A stretch of 63,611 bases of DNA, filler included, from Choristocarpus tenellus KU-1152 (lineage: Eukaryota; Protista; Phaeophyceae), in assembly GCA_964200185.2 (NCBI GenBank). It is 12 parts of 12 records of this genome, joined end to end, with 100 filler letters (N's around TTAATTAATTAA, not from the genome) between each part and the next. Parts side by side here need not be neighbours in the genome. Positions count along the whole stretch, not along the records: positions 44,414 to 54,349 come from CAXNAD020003267.1; positions 54,450 to 57,095 come from CAXNAD020025998.1; positions 57,196 to 60,846 come from CAXNAD020018727.1; 9 more parts are not named here. The stretch is one strand, 5' to 3'. This document shows, piece after piece, positions 44,414 through 57,265 of this stretch. A program made the translations under genes and the position numbers. The notes under the pieces were generated by a model. That model did not search any database and was not told the DNA's origin. It was given only the letters and a program-made list of their open reading frames with translations. Each line of letters starts with the position of its first letter. The stretch's first letter is position 1.

Positions 44414-47400
44414 TTCTCGTGGCATAACACGTGCTGACCTAGATGCCGCCCCCCCCTGCCCCACCATATCCCGTATCACAGCCTTTGAGAAATCTCCTGG
44501 CGACCACCTTGAAGGTGACCCAGCAGCTTTAATACTTTGTGGTGGTAACTTCGGCGATTCCAATCGCACTGAACCCCCCCCCCCATCACTCCCTCCTGCC
44601 CCAACGGATCCACTCCCTACCATCCTAACCCCTTCCCTGATCTCATCCAGCTTGTCAGCCTTCAACACCGACTCCATGTTCACCCTAGCATTTTCATCCG
44701 CAGCAGAGAGGTCTAATAAGGGTGTTGACCGGCCTGATGCCTCTGCCTCAAGTACAATATGGTGTAGTTTTGGCCTCCACCATCTGTGATAAAATTTCCA
44801 TGTAATATCTCGGATAAACACAGCAGTGAAGCACAGGACTACCACCGCATAGAAGCTTGGGTTCCGAAGAAGGTGCAAAAACACCTGGTGTGTGAAAGCG
44901 CATGCACATATTTGTGCGGGAGATGGCAGATCAGAGGTATTTTGTAGGAAATGGGGGGGGGGGGATTGTAACATATTTCAAGGCCTTCGAACTGCATAAA
45001 CACAGAGGGTCTGGTCCATAGGCCGGCTTGGCTTCAAAGTTTTCTGATATACTTGGACCAGATCCACCAAGTACTGCAATAGTGCAGTCCACAGGACGAC
45101 CAGTTCTAGTGATTATTGATAAAACCATCATTGCAGAGGCATTGCGCATTTTTCACTGTTTGGCCCACTGGCCAGTCCAGTTCCAGAGTTTCTTGACGGG
45201 GTTGCACACACATTGTACTAGTCCGGTCAAACTTCAAATTGACGTAAATTCATCTAACCCGCCCAATTGGTTGGGACAGACACAAGTTGTCCGCAACATT
45301 TCAAAGACAATGATACCTGTACGTGAGATCAGTTCTTTCTTGTTCACTTTTAGAACTTCAAGCAAACTACATCTCTGGTTAGTGCATATCAGAAGGCGTT
45401 TACAGAAAACAATACAGCCCTTTTGTCATCATGTAACTCTCGTTTGCCGCCATATTCATCAGAAGAAATCGCAAGAGCTACAATACTTACATTTCAAGCA
45501 AACCATACATCCTGGATACACCATTTAATATGCAGCAGTAGGAACATGGTATTCAAAAAGCATGGTTTGTAAGTAAAGAGTGGTGTAGAAAATAATGCAG
45601 ACCATTAATACCATGTAACTATTGATACTACAATATACATCACATCAATAGTGAGGATAGAAGACCAGAGTTGCTGTGCTGGGCTGGGACGGTGAGTGGG
45701 GGGAGGGAGGACCATATACTCGCCTGAAAGAAGTCGAAATCCACTCTGACCAAAGTACTGATCAAAATCGCCACACAAAACCAGCTGCCAATTGACACCC
45801 AAATTAGCATCAGGTTCACCCATGTCCATCGATACTGAAGCCACAATATCTGTACACACACAAAAGCATGTACATCGCGCAAGACACACAACCAGAAGTG
45901 TGGCAATCAGTAACATAAAACAGTGTGTTCGTTGGAACTTATTTTAAACAATGAAAAAAACGGACAGTAAGTACATGATGTATCGAAATAAACATGTAAA
46001 CGTGGGAAGAGGGAGCAGCCTCTCCTTAGATGGCCGTAACAACCCACTGAAGACCAGAATCGCTGCTATTCCATGCAAAAAAAAACAGATCCCTGTCAAT
46101 GACCACTACAGACAAAAAGGACATGAACAAACAAATCTTCCAGAGGTACAACAAAGTCAGATGTAACTGCCATAACCAAAATAGAAAACAAACGTGAAAC
46201 GCAAGTGTCTCTTCAAACTACGTATCCTCCCCCCACAACGACTTACCAAAAATATAAAATATAGCACGCAGCAATTTTTCACCATCAGCATCTCTACCAC
46301 TTCCTCTGTTCATAATCAGTCTGAACATTCTGCAGGGCAGACTATATATGAAAACACAAGATGGTATCATATTTCCATTTTTTTTTTAAGGGTTATTGGA
46401 AAAAACCAATTTAAAAATACAAGGTTATCCTAAAATCTCAGCACATCTTACACAGTCTCCAAGTAAAAAAATGTCTATGTAAGTATCTGTTAATAGGTCT
46501 CTATCGTGTATACGTACATACACACATAACATAAACATATATATACATATACTCTGGAGCACTACGTAGCGCATCTTCTGGCATATCTGTCTGCGAGTGC
46601 AACCTATCAATATGTATGCCCCCTTGTCCCGATTATGTCCGCCTTCCTACATACTACAATAGAGGCAGTGCCCCCCACCGCCTGATATGAAGCTGCAAGA
46701 ATCGCCTTCCCAACATTACATTTTTCCCCATCTACACAACCTGTTTGAAATGAAAATGAATATTTTCAACTGGGGAACCCCCCAAAAAATCTTCAATTTT
46801 CTACAGCATTATTACAAAAAATATTACTCAACCCTTTTTTCATCTCAAAAAGTTCCTAAGCCCTACTATCACTTAAACTGTAAAAAATGCACATGTTCCA
46901 ACAAAAACTCACAGAAGCTGAGGTGTCTGATAATATACAGCAACCCACCAAAAAAAGGAGTTCATTGTTCTCATATAAATTTGTACTGGATTTAGATACA
47001 CCTTAAGATTAAGGAATAGTGTACATGACTACTACAGTAAGGTTGCTGTTTATATCTGGACACCTAAGTAGGCTGTTAGTAGAGAAAAAGAAGTGCACAT
47101 TAATTTTCATTTTTATTAACACAATGGAAAAGTTCACAAAAATAAACAGCCAAAAGGAAAAGATAGTGCTGAACTGCCAAAATTTGAAAATACAAAAAAT
47201 TCTATACCGCTACAAACAATAATATCATAGAGAAATACAAAATATACTAAAACATCACATCATGTGAAGGTAACAGGGACCCAACCACCTACAAAAGTAG
47301 AGGGAAACAAAATCCTATGAACAGGGTAGCCAGTTTGTAGTACTGTAACATACTATTAATAGTACATACCATAGTACCACAAAAGTCAGATCGAGCAAAT

Positions 47401-50400
47401 AGGACCCCTTCCCTACTCAGTGTTTCTTTCCAATACTATGTAGCATATATTAGGTTTAGGTTTAGGTTTAGGTTTAGGGTTATTATCAGAATCCCAGCAG
47501 CTGTTAGACTGGAAAAACAAAAAACAAAAATACTTATTTTAATTTTCAAGCACCGCATTACAACTATGTACAAATAACAATAACATATATACCGTTGTCA
47601 ACCATAGCCTTTCCCCCCTCTCCCTCTTACGCACCTTACTGTTTGACAGAAAAACAACAAGAGTGAAGGAGATGGCTCCATACTCAAAGAGGGAGATCTC
47701 CGTACCAAAATTATCCTTCCCCCCCTGGAACAGTAGAATGGGCACCATTGTTATCAACAGGGCCTCCACCGTAGCCTGAACTATCCAACTCCAAAACACC
47801 TGTTGTATCATATCGTATCGGTATGAATAGTGTAGTTTGGAATAAAGTAGATAAATAAAAATATATATTTTTGAAACCTGAGAGGGTCACACATTCGGTC
47901 GTACCTTGAGGAAATGCTTACTCTTCAGGGTAATAATAGAAATAAAGCTCTTTCATAATAATAATAGGAACAATAAGAAGAAGAGTAGAGTGCATACTAC
48001 TAGCATATTCAAAATGGAAAAAAAAGCTGGACGGGGAGAGGGGAAGGGTCGCGTTGTCACAATTCCAGAGATCAATGAGAAAAAAACAATTCCAATACAT
48101 AAAAAGAAAAGGGGGTGTGAAAAACGCCACAGGGGTGTCAAATGAGCACACCCCATTTGTCAACGTGTAAGTACACTAATATTCTGCCTTTGCCCTATTG
48201 ATATCAACTCAAACCACATTTATACCTTCATATGATGTACCCTACTACTTCATGCCAGAGGACAACAACAGCCTGATAAGACTTCTTTTCTTTTTCAAAG
48301 ACTAAACCTCTCATCACACCAAATATGGTAGCACCATCAATTACATGGTACTCACAAATACAAATGATCACGAAAAAGTCAGTACAAGGCAGGAAAAACT
48401 CATCCCTGCCCCCTCCATCCCTGCTCCCCCTCACCCTTGCATTGAAGAACACATCGTATATGCCCAGCACATACAGGCGGGGGTATCTCTCCCCATCCTC
48501 CGTGGACACATCATAGTCAAAGATCGCTAGCGCAAGCACTGGCCACAAGGTGAAGAGCACATTGAACAGCTGGATACCCCCCTCAGTGTAGAACTTCTGA
48601 CCGCTAAAACCATTCATCATCGCGTACCTTTTTATGACACACCATGTTCTTGATGTCAGCAACAGCATGTTATCTAGGGCAAGTACTGCAGTAGTACTGT
48701 TAAATAATAATAAAAATAAAGAATAGAGTACATACTATCGGTGTATTCAAAACGAAAAAAAGCAGGGTGGGGAGACAGCAAGGGTCACTTCACCACACAC
48801 AAAAGAGCATATATTTCTAAACGGCATGTCTAGTTTGGAGACAACCTACATCATTCATAAAAAATCACAGTTTTTTAAACAAGCAACACATTATGCACTA
48901 CCCAGCAATCGTCCTCGTTGATCAGTTTATTAGTAGATCATCTTCAATTCCCCCCCTCCCCCCCTTCTCCAACAAACAATCTCATCACAAGACTAACACC
49001 ACCCTGTCATCACCGCTGCTGATCAAAATCACCACAAAAAAAAGTGGCAGTGACATGCCCATACATACTACCACAGATAACAGACCTCCATCAAGACCAT
49101 GATCCCCAACACATAACCACATCAATACACCAACACCACCCCAATATCATATTCAGTACACCCCCTTCCCCCCCATAATACTCCAAAACTAACCAACATC
49201 TCTCCATTTCAAGACCATACCTCCACCAACATCGACATACACATGAGCCACAACCCTGCAAGACAAACTCGGAAGCCTTCTGCCCTCCCCCCCCCCCCCC
49301 CCCCCCCCCCCCCCTTCCCCTGCCCAATACAGCTGGGATTTCACCATTTCCTATTCTCACCAGGCCATGGGCACAGCCATGAGAATATTCTTGTAAAAGG
49401 TGTAGCACACCAGTTTGGCTGTCCTCCGGTAGTTTCGCCTGCCATGAACAAGGGCCAGCTTACGCAAGTACGAGAACTGTGCAATGGCAAAGTCACTTGA
49501 ATTCACCGCCTGCGTCCAGTTGATTTTGGATAGCGAAGAAGGCGGTAGAAACCATCAAGAACAGCATAATACTGTCAAAGAGTCAGCTTTGGACAGTGAA
49601 GGAGGCAATAGAAACTATCAATAAGAATATACTACTTTCGAAGAGTCAGTTTTGGACATCCAAGGAGAGGAAGCCTATCAATAATAGTACACTATGCTAA
49701 AGCCAGTTTTGGAGAGTCAAGGAGGCAATAAGAGCTACTACTACCATTCTTATTACAAGCAATAATGACACCCCTGAAAACAAGTAGTACTCTTATGTAA
49801 TAGACACAACTGGTAGTGCTCTTCAGTATGTTCAACAAACTAAAGGAGCACATTTTGTCAAAAGAGACAGAAGGAGTACCCTCTACAAAACTTCCACAAC
49901 AATTGTGTTGGTATTTGCCCCACTGCCTTTTCAGCAATACACTGACCCCAAACCACAAACACAGAACTAAAAGGCATGTTCCAACAAAAACTAATACACC
50001 TACCCTCAAAGCAAGACCCGCACACCCATAAAAAACAAGTCAACAACCCTGCACAACAAAAAACTCCTGTTATCACACGGTTAAGAAATAAAATCCCACA
50101 CCTGCATGCCCTCCTGCCCACTGATGCCCACCCCAATGTGCGCTCCCTGGATCATGGCTACATCGTTTGCTCCATCACCAATTGCTAGAGTTCTTGCATT
50201 TGAATTATTTTCTCGAACCATGGCAACCACCTTGTCCAAGCGGTTTGAATAGATTGATTCTTAAAACAGGAAAGAAAAGTGTCCAGCGAGTGGAAGGACC
50301 CGGGCAATGAGCAAAGTCAAATGACTATACCACTCAACACTCCAGCACTTCCATCCACCCCCTCCCCTACCTCCCCCCCTCCCACTGCACCCACAAAATA

Positions 50401-53282
50401 ATTTTGAAATAGACCTACGCTTTATGACATCAAAACAAACCCACTCCTGTGATAACACTGATTGCCTTTCTAGGCATGATCATTCGCAACTTCAAATGAT
50501 AAAAAAGAGCAATTTTTCCTTTCAAAAATAGATTTTCAGCTTGCTTTTTTTTGTTTTTTGTTGCTTTTGTTGCTTTTTTCACTGTGTGTGCGTGTCCATT
50601 CACCTCACGCTTTTGGTCTGGAGACACACGGCAACAGACCACAGCCTTGCACTCCATGGCAAAAGTTGCCAGCTCCGCTCTGCAGGAAGGGTGTGTTGCA
50701 AGAATCAAGCTCTGCCCATCAATCACCAGTGCACGATCCCGAGGGGCCCGACCCTGCTCCCTGGCAGCCACTATGTCATCCTGGATATGAAGCATACATA
50801 CATACCCATGTATGTACATCACTGGATCAGAAAAAAAGTTTGCCTTTTGATTGTACATAATGGGGCCTGTAGTGTCTTTGAGTAGATTGACAGGAGGCAT
50901 GTCTCCCCCCCCCGCCCCTTGAATTAAGATACTGACATTCCAAGGCACCAACCAGCCTTAATTGAGACTATCTAGTGCCTTCATGGAACAACAGTATCTC
51001 AAACTAATCAGAGGTCAGAATTTCAAACCCCAGTGGGGCCACTTTCCCAACTCTCTATAGCAGGAAGAATAAAAAAGGGTACATACGTTTATTGCAAGGA
51101 AAGGTGTCCACCAAGGATCAATGGAAAATGTAAAAATAGAGATGGAAGGCCAGAGTCTAGTGGGGTGTGATAGTCCATGAATTGTACCTGTCACAATATT
51201 GAGACACAACTGTTCCACTGAAAGGTGCCAGTTTTGTGAAAGGCTTACTGCCAGGATAAAACAATTCTGTGATATACTGTCCCCCTCCCTTCCCCCTTGC
51301 CCTCTCCCGCACACTACAATACTCCTACAACACGTAGCAATATTGACACAGATGTGTGCAGCCACACTACAGGTGTAGAACTCTTATCATTTCAACAAAT
51401 AAAAGAAAAATGGGAAATGATCACACAACATGACAACAAAAAACCTTAAGCCCCCAACCATCACCAGATCATTCTCAGAACATTCCTCTCTCACATAAGA
51501 CACCAACAAAAACATTAAAAAAAAATGCTACTGTCCACTCCTCAGAGACAAACTCTACCCATTTCCAAAGGCATAGACCACACATGCCAGAGAGAGAAGT
51601 GAGTGCTTCAGATATGTGTGTACTACTTGCTATAGTACTGAATGGTGGCATGAACCGTCTCTCTAATAACCGTTCACCTCGAGGCGAAGGTGCTCCTCCT
51701 CCAGCCTTTCCCAGATCTCTTTGACATTCCGGTAGCCCGTCTGTGCCCCATGTTCATGTGCATAAGCGTAACAAGATGCAATTGGTGGAAATGGTAACAG
51801 TAAGGTATGGGGATGTAGATAACCTTCCTCACACACACACATGTACAACCACACACGGTCCATGCAAGCGTTAGCTCCTCTCTTACTTACGTACTCTCAT
51901 ACAACTAAAAAGAAAAAAGACAAAGTACTCCTACAGCAGGGCAAATAGCATGACAATATGCACATTTTTGCATTCCGGATCATTTTTTGCTTCTGCACTT
52001 CTCAACCTAGCAAATGAGAAGAACCAAGGGAGGCAAAACCTCCACCAATCACACAGAGGAAGGCAACAAACAGAACCCCCCCCCAAAAAAATGCTTACTA
52101 ACTTCAACTCTCAGCCATTATAGATACCGTGATAGAAATTTCCATATAACAAAATATCAACAATTATAAAAATAAAAATAAAAGAATAATGCCCATTTGC
52201 GATTGATTGCCCTACTCATCAAGCAGACTGGTTTCAAGTGCGTAACACTAAGATTACATACTAAACCCAACAATACACAACATGAAAAAAAGAGGACTAT
52301 CTCTCAAACTGATCACCATACTAAAACCAACAAAACCCCCTCCCCCTCCCCCCCAACCCCCCCCCAATAATTCATCCACCCACACAATGACCAGTCAGCC
52401 CTACTTCTCACCCGTGGGTCCATGTTGATTACCACACGCTCCATCTCTGCCTCTGGCCGTAGCAACTGGCAAGCCACTCCAATGTTCACTGCAGTCTCCT
52501 CCTTGTCCCCGGTGAGCATCCACACACCTATGCCTGCATTTTGGAGATCTGAGATGCACCCGCCAACACCCTTCTGCAGCTTGTCTTCAATTGCAGTACA
52601 CCCCAAGAGGTGCATGCCCACTTCCACCTTTTCAAGTCCATTGCCGCCACAACAAAAATAAAATTACGTATGCTTTGTAATAAATTACATACGGAGTAAG
52701 TACTCTATGCAAATGAAATACAAGAAGGTACAAAGCAAACAAAAAAATAAAAATAAAATAATGCTCAAACAGTGCAAAAACAAAATACTGTTCTAACACC
52801 ACTTCTACCAAAAAAAAATGTTCACGTACAGTTTTGAAGTGCTGTTTCAAATCAAAATGACAAAAACAAAAAATAAAATGCATACACCATACAATAGGTC
52901 AATAAGTTGTATATACATTCCAAACAGTGCAGCATACAAAAAAATAAAATTTGTTTCAAACTACACCAGGAGTATGTAAGGATACCAAGAACTAGTAACA
53001 ACAACAGCTTCCTCGCTATTATTACAGAAGTGAAATAGGCAGAGGGTGGGGGGGGGGAGAGGGAAGTCGAGGGAGCCACACCTCATCCATGAGTGCATCA
53101 ATGGCATTGAAGCCGCCTTCCTTCCTCTTCTCAATCTCCACCATATCTGTACTGGCTGCATCAAATAACACTTCCCATCGAGAGTACACTTCCCAGGATA
53201 TATCAGCCACCGCCACCAGAAGAGTGCGAAGACCCTCCATGGCAAAGCCTTCCATGTCCTCCAATGTTTGCTCTTGCTTGCT
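44414..53282 (-). CDS. P4-type ATPase (phospholipid flippase, DRS2/ALA/ATP8-like), 3' half. Exons 53282-53082, 52627-52412, 51740-51678, 50780-50604, 50230-50102, 49509-49361, 48627-48435, 47799-47635, 45849-45724, 44884-44414
   Basis: [101 protein letters not shown] and YPRLY are P4-ATPase signatures. All junctions are phase-consistent. The DKTGT exon is not in this contig. Confidence 0.96.
47450..47482. repeat. (TTTAGG)n telomere-like interstitial repeat in a P4-ATPase intron
   Basis: TTAGGTTTAGGTTTAGGTTTAGGTTTAGGGTT. Confidence 0.8.
49520..49745. repeat. Degenerate intronic minisatellite, about 58-60 bp x 4
   Basis: CAGTTTTGGA..AAGGAGGCAATAGAAACTATCAATAA-like unit repeated next to a splice acceptor. 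Confidence 0.7.
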
Positions 53283-54209
53283 CTGTGCAAGGAAAGTAAA
53301 CAGGGGGAGGGGTTGTTGTCGGATGATTGATTGGTTTCCATCAGCAGCAATCATGCCTTCCGGTGATAACCATGGTGAACCAATAAACCAAACTTAACCC
53401 CTTGCTCTTCCTTGTGTATGGTTGTGCTTGAAAGGATGCAGAATCGACACTAATAATTTGGCCAGTAGTGGGGGCAGGATGGAATGCACTCTTACAGTGT
53501 GTTGAAAACTAGCATGTGCTGAAGCAGAGTATCTTGTTCATTAAAAGAAATACATCACACGAATTTTCAAGTGCATGCGAACCAAAAAAATAACAAGGGG
53601 ATAAAAAAAACAGTTGCTTTTCTTTTAAAAAAAGGACTTGTACCACCCATAAAACACCAAACAGGAACCTACGTATTTTATTCTTCCCCCACAAGTCCAG
53701 ACAAAAACAAAAAAGACACAAAAATTTAACTAGGTGAACAGTGTAAGTGTAGCACACAGTATATTCATAGTGTTAAAGTATTAAAAAAATTCCAACTCCA
53801 AAAATGTAAGGTTTTGTAGAGATGTAAGACAAAATCTCATACCCTGTCTACAGCAGTAGAACTCCCAGTATTTTGTTGTAATATTGCAAGTAGGAACTTG
53901 TGAGTTCTGAAACAGCAGTGAGAGTGGGAGTGACCTTGTGGAAGAATCGTCTTTCTCAGTCACAACCAAGATATGCTTGTTAGCCATTGTTCTATGCATT
54001 GACATGACAACCAAAGATCAGGCCATCCCAAAAGAGTTCTTTTCAGGGTCCTCAAAAGAGGTAACAAAACATGAGACGAGCCAAGACAAGACAAGACAAA
54101 CTCGTACTAAAACAAAACTACACCATTGCACAAGAACACGCTCACCTTGTTCTTCACAAAAGGCAATGGAGAAGCCCAGTTGAACGTCTCTGCGCCACCA
54201 CAACCACCA

Positions 54210-54234
54210 CCTCCTCCTCCTCCTCCTCCTCCTC

Positions 54235-54269
<35 letters not shown>

Positions 54270-54314
54270 CCCCCCCCCCCTCCCCCCCCCCCCCCCCCCC
54301 CCCCCCTCCCCCCC
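54210..54314. repeat. (CCT)n microsatellite running into poly-C near the contig end
   Basis: Directly visible. It explains the spurious poly-P/G/S/R ORFs here. Confidence 0.9.
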
Positions 54315-55028
54315 CAACCCCCCGTAACCCTTTCGCGTCGAGGCAACCANNNNNNNNNNNNNNNNNNNNNNNNNNNNNNNNNNNNNNNNNNNNTTAATTA
54401 ATTAANNNNNNNNNNNNNNNNNNNNNNNNNNNNNNNNNNNNNNNNNNNNATCTCATATACACAAAATAAGGTACACCTCACTATTGTCCTATTTTGCACA
54501 GTAGTCGCACCCAAGTTTGGCGTGTGTGGCGATACCGAAAAAAGAAACAAGATCTATGGACATCTTTTTGGCGCCATTTGTAGACTTTCTGTGAGCACAC
54601 ACACGCTTGAGGCACACAGCAACAGGAACCACGACGATGAGACGCCGAGGCCCCTCTCCCCCCTGGATCTACTCTGGGCACCTTATCTGTCGAGAGGCGA
54701 CGGAAAAGCAAGTATCGTGTGACACTCAGTACGATGTTAGGTGTGACGAGAAAGTGCGAGTAGTGTGGCACAGCAGCATGATCAAATCGTACAATGGATC
54801 ACACGGCTGTGACACTGACGCTGAGAGAAGATGCTTGGAGAGCATTACCACATAAACGCGGTTGGATCTTCAACCACGTTGGAGCACTGCTCTGCAGTCT
54901 CTGCCGCCTCAGGAAAGCAGGAAGAGAGCAGCGAGTCCATCACCAAGTGGTACAGTGACGAAGCCTGTGACGATGCCTGGTCACGGCAGGCAATGTGAGA
55001 ACCGGGGTGGTCGCCCGAAGGGAAGGTT

Positions 55029-55287
55029 GAGTGAAAGTATCTTAGAGGGTACGAGTTTTGCCCTCTTTGTCTATTTGGGGCTAGGCTTCCCTCGGGTTTT
55101 TTTATGACATTTTCCTACTCCAAAATATTTCGGAGTAGGTAAAATGTATACGTTATAAAAAGGTGTATCTGCAAGAAGGATATTGGCACTTCCTGACAAG
55201 CACGACAGCCAAAATTACATCAAAATCGCAACATTGGATTTTGGTCCCCAAATGGACACGGCTCTACCCTCTAAGATACTTTGGTTT
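55029..55287. mobile_element. Near-complete MITE family A
   Basis: GAGTGAAAGTATCTTAGAGGGTACGAG ... CTCTACCCTCTAAGATACTTTG. The last bases of the right TIR are degenerate. Confidence 0.9.
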
Positions 55288-56399
55288 GGTTGGGAAAGAG
55301 AGCAGTACAGCTGCGTGCCATTGCGCTCAGGAGACGCTTATGCAAAAACCCGGGTGTAGAATATCTAAATAGTCGACAGTTGCAGCAGGCCCTGGCTGTT
55401 TGGAAGCTATGCGAGAGGGAGTGGCTTAAGGAAACGATAAAGAAGGTGTTCGGTTTGGGCTGCAAGGACTCTGAAGCCCGAAAGAAGGTCGAAAGGGCTC
55501 GCAAGGCGGAGGAGAGAGTGATCGTAACAAAGGCGGTTGTGGAGACCTTTCATACCACCAAATCCTTTACTTAGAAGAGGTCACAAAGTAGGTGGAGGCA
55601 GTCATTGACGAGGATGCCAGGGAAGAAGAGGAGGTGAGATTGAGACTATTTGCACACCAATAGTTTGGTGTCTCCCATTTCTCGCAAGATGCTGTAGATT
55701 CGCCTCTCTTCCTCAACTTAAGGTTGGACTTATAAATTTGATCAAGACTTTCTCCCTGCCTGTGTTCATTCGAGAAATCAACACAGTTTTCGATCAACTC
55801 AATCCTGTCCTCCCTCGTCCTTGAGCCTTGGTGATAGGCGTATCACTCGCCCAGGAAACACAGATGACGCCCATTTCCGGTGCTCAAAGCGGAAATGTGA
55901 AAGTAAAGGTACTAACACCTCGAATTCTGTACCTGTGTATGAATGACGGGAAATACCATCAAACGGCGCTCAAGATGGCAGCAGGATATGTGATGGTAAG
56001 GTCGGAAACTGTGAGTAAATGAGAGATAACTTCCTAATCAAGGTCAATTCAAGGTGTCGGAGCAAGGGCACTACGACAGGAGTTTCGTTCTGGCCTCGAC
56101 AAGGACATCCTTGCCGAGATCAAAGAGTGTGTGTGCGAACACACAGGAAAAAAGGGTGGGGAGGCTTTTTTCCCGGCTAAGCTCCATACTTGAATCAAGT
56201 AATAGTGTATCTGTTGCTACTCTTGGTGACCTACAACCCGAGGTTCGAACCCCAACATGAGCGCTCTTTCTTCAAAAAAGGAAAAATGGCGAAAAATATA
56301 CGAAGCCCAAACTCTGGAGGGCCTTGTGACAGGCATCACAAATATGCCTTTATTGTTTTCATCCGATGTCTATATCAAAGGTTATGACGGGACAACCCC

Positions 56400-56800
56400 A
56401 GAGGGCGAAGCTGTTGGTACCACCATATGTACATAATGAACCTTTAAATGGACATTACTGTTGATACTAACACTGACATTCCAGTAATATCACTCAGATA
56501 CGTTGAAGCCAACCCAACCCTTTGCAAGGCACCCATTCGGGAGATTCCAGCAGGTGCCCTGAATTTAAAAGGAGCAGGTGGTAGACCTTTATCTGTTCAT
56601 GGTTTTATTCAATTTATACCCGGACTTGGTTACATATCAATGCCTGTCCAAGCAGTTGTCATACCTAATTTGGGAGTAGATCAAAATTTGATTGGATAAG
56701 ACCATATGTCAGCCTTTGGGGCAGTGCTAGATTGGGATAAGGAGGAAATGTCGTCTAAAGACAGTGATATATGCATTCCAGTAACCCACAAACTTTCATC
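56400..56800 (+). mobile_element. Ty3/Gypsy LTR retrotransposon aspartic protease relic
   Basis: VDTNTDIPVIS (decayed DTGA), LKGAGGRPLSVHGFIQF, AVVIPNLG...*...MSAFGAVLDW...IPVTH. In-frame stop at 56697-56699. Confidence 0.7.
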
Positions 56801-56926
56801 ACTTCCCATCTTTTCCCCCCCAAGACATGTTTGTCAGACCGGAAATCCATCACATTATATTTCAATATCAGTGATCACATCTTCAGTTCACTACACTAGT
56901 ACATACAGTGAATAAGATATACCTTC

Positions 56927-57010
56927 GAGTGAAAGTATCTTAGAGGGTACGAGGTTTGTCCTCTTTGTCCATTTGGGGCTTGGCTTCCCTCGGGTTTTTT
57001 TATGACATTT
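56927..57010. mobile_element. MITE family A left part, interrupted by family B
   Basis: GAGTGAAAGTATCTTAGAGGGTACGAG...TTATGACATTT, then an abrupt switch to the B TIR. Confidence 0.88.
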
Positions 57011-57095
57011 GGCTCAAAGTATCTAGGAGGGGGTGACGGCTGTCCATTTGGGGTCAATTTCTTCATGTCGCGATTTTTGGGTGATTTGGTTGCAT
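57011..57095. mobile_element. MITE family B nested in family A (truncated by contig end)
   Basis: GGCTCAAAGTATCTAGGAGGGGGTGACGGCTGTCCATTTGGGGTCAATTT. Confidence 0.88.
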
Positions 57096-57195
57096 NNNNN
57101 NNNNNNNNNNNNNNNNNNNNNNNNNNNNNNNNNNNNNNNTTAATTAATTAANNNNNNNNNNNNNNNNNNNNNNNNNNNNNNNNNNNNNNNNNNNN

Positions 57196-57265
57196 CCAAA
57201 AATCACAACATGAAAAAATTGACCTCAAATGGACAGCCGCCACCCCCTCCCAGATACTTTGAGCC
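57196..57265. mobile_element. MITE family B terminal part at contig start
   Basis: CATGAAAAAATTGACCTCAAATGGACAGCCGCCACCCCCTCCCAGATACTTTGAGCC. Confidence 0.85.

Noticed and set aside
54018-54401. Poly-Pro/Gly/Arg/Ser ORFs here and at 25726-25998, 49091-49500 and 13541-13856
   Set aside because: These are translations of microsatellites and homopolymers, intronic or antisense to real genes.
54607-55660. Coding-like ORFs on either side of a MITE A insertion
   Set aside because: Stops and frameshifts, and no recognisable family. They may be a TE or viral relic, but this is unsupported.
57011-57265. A single MITE B spanning the spacer
   Set aside because: Both sides carry the same B end in opposite orientation, so they are different copies on unrelated contigs.
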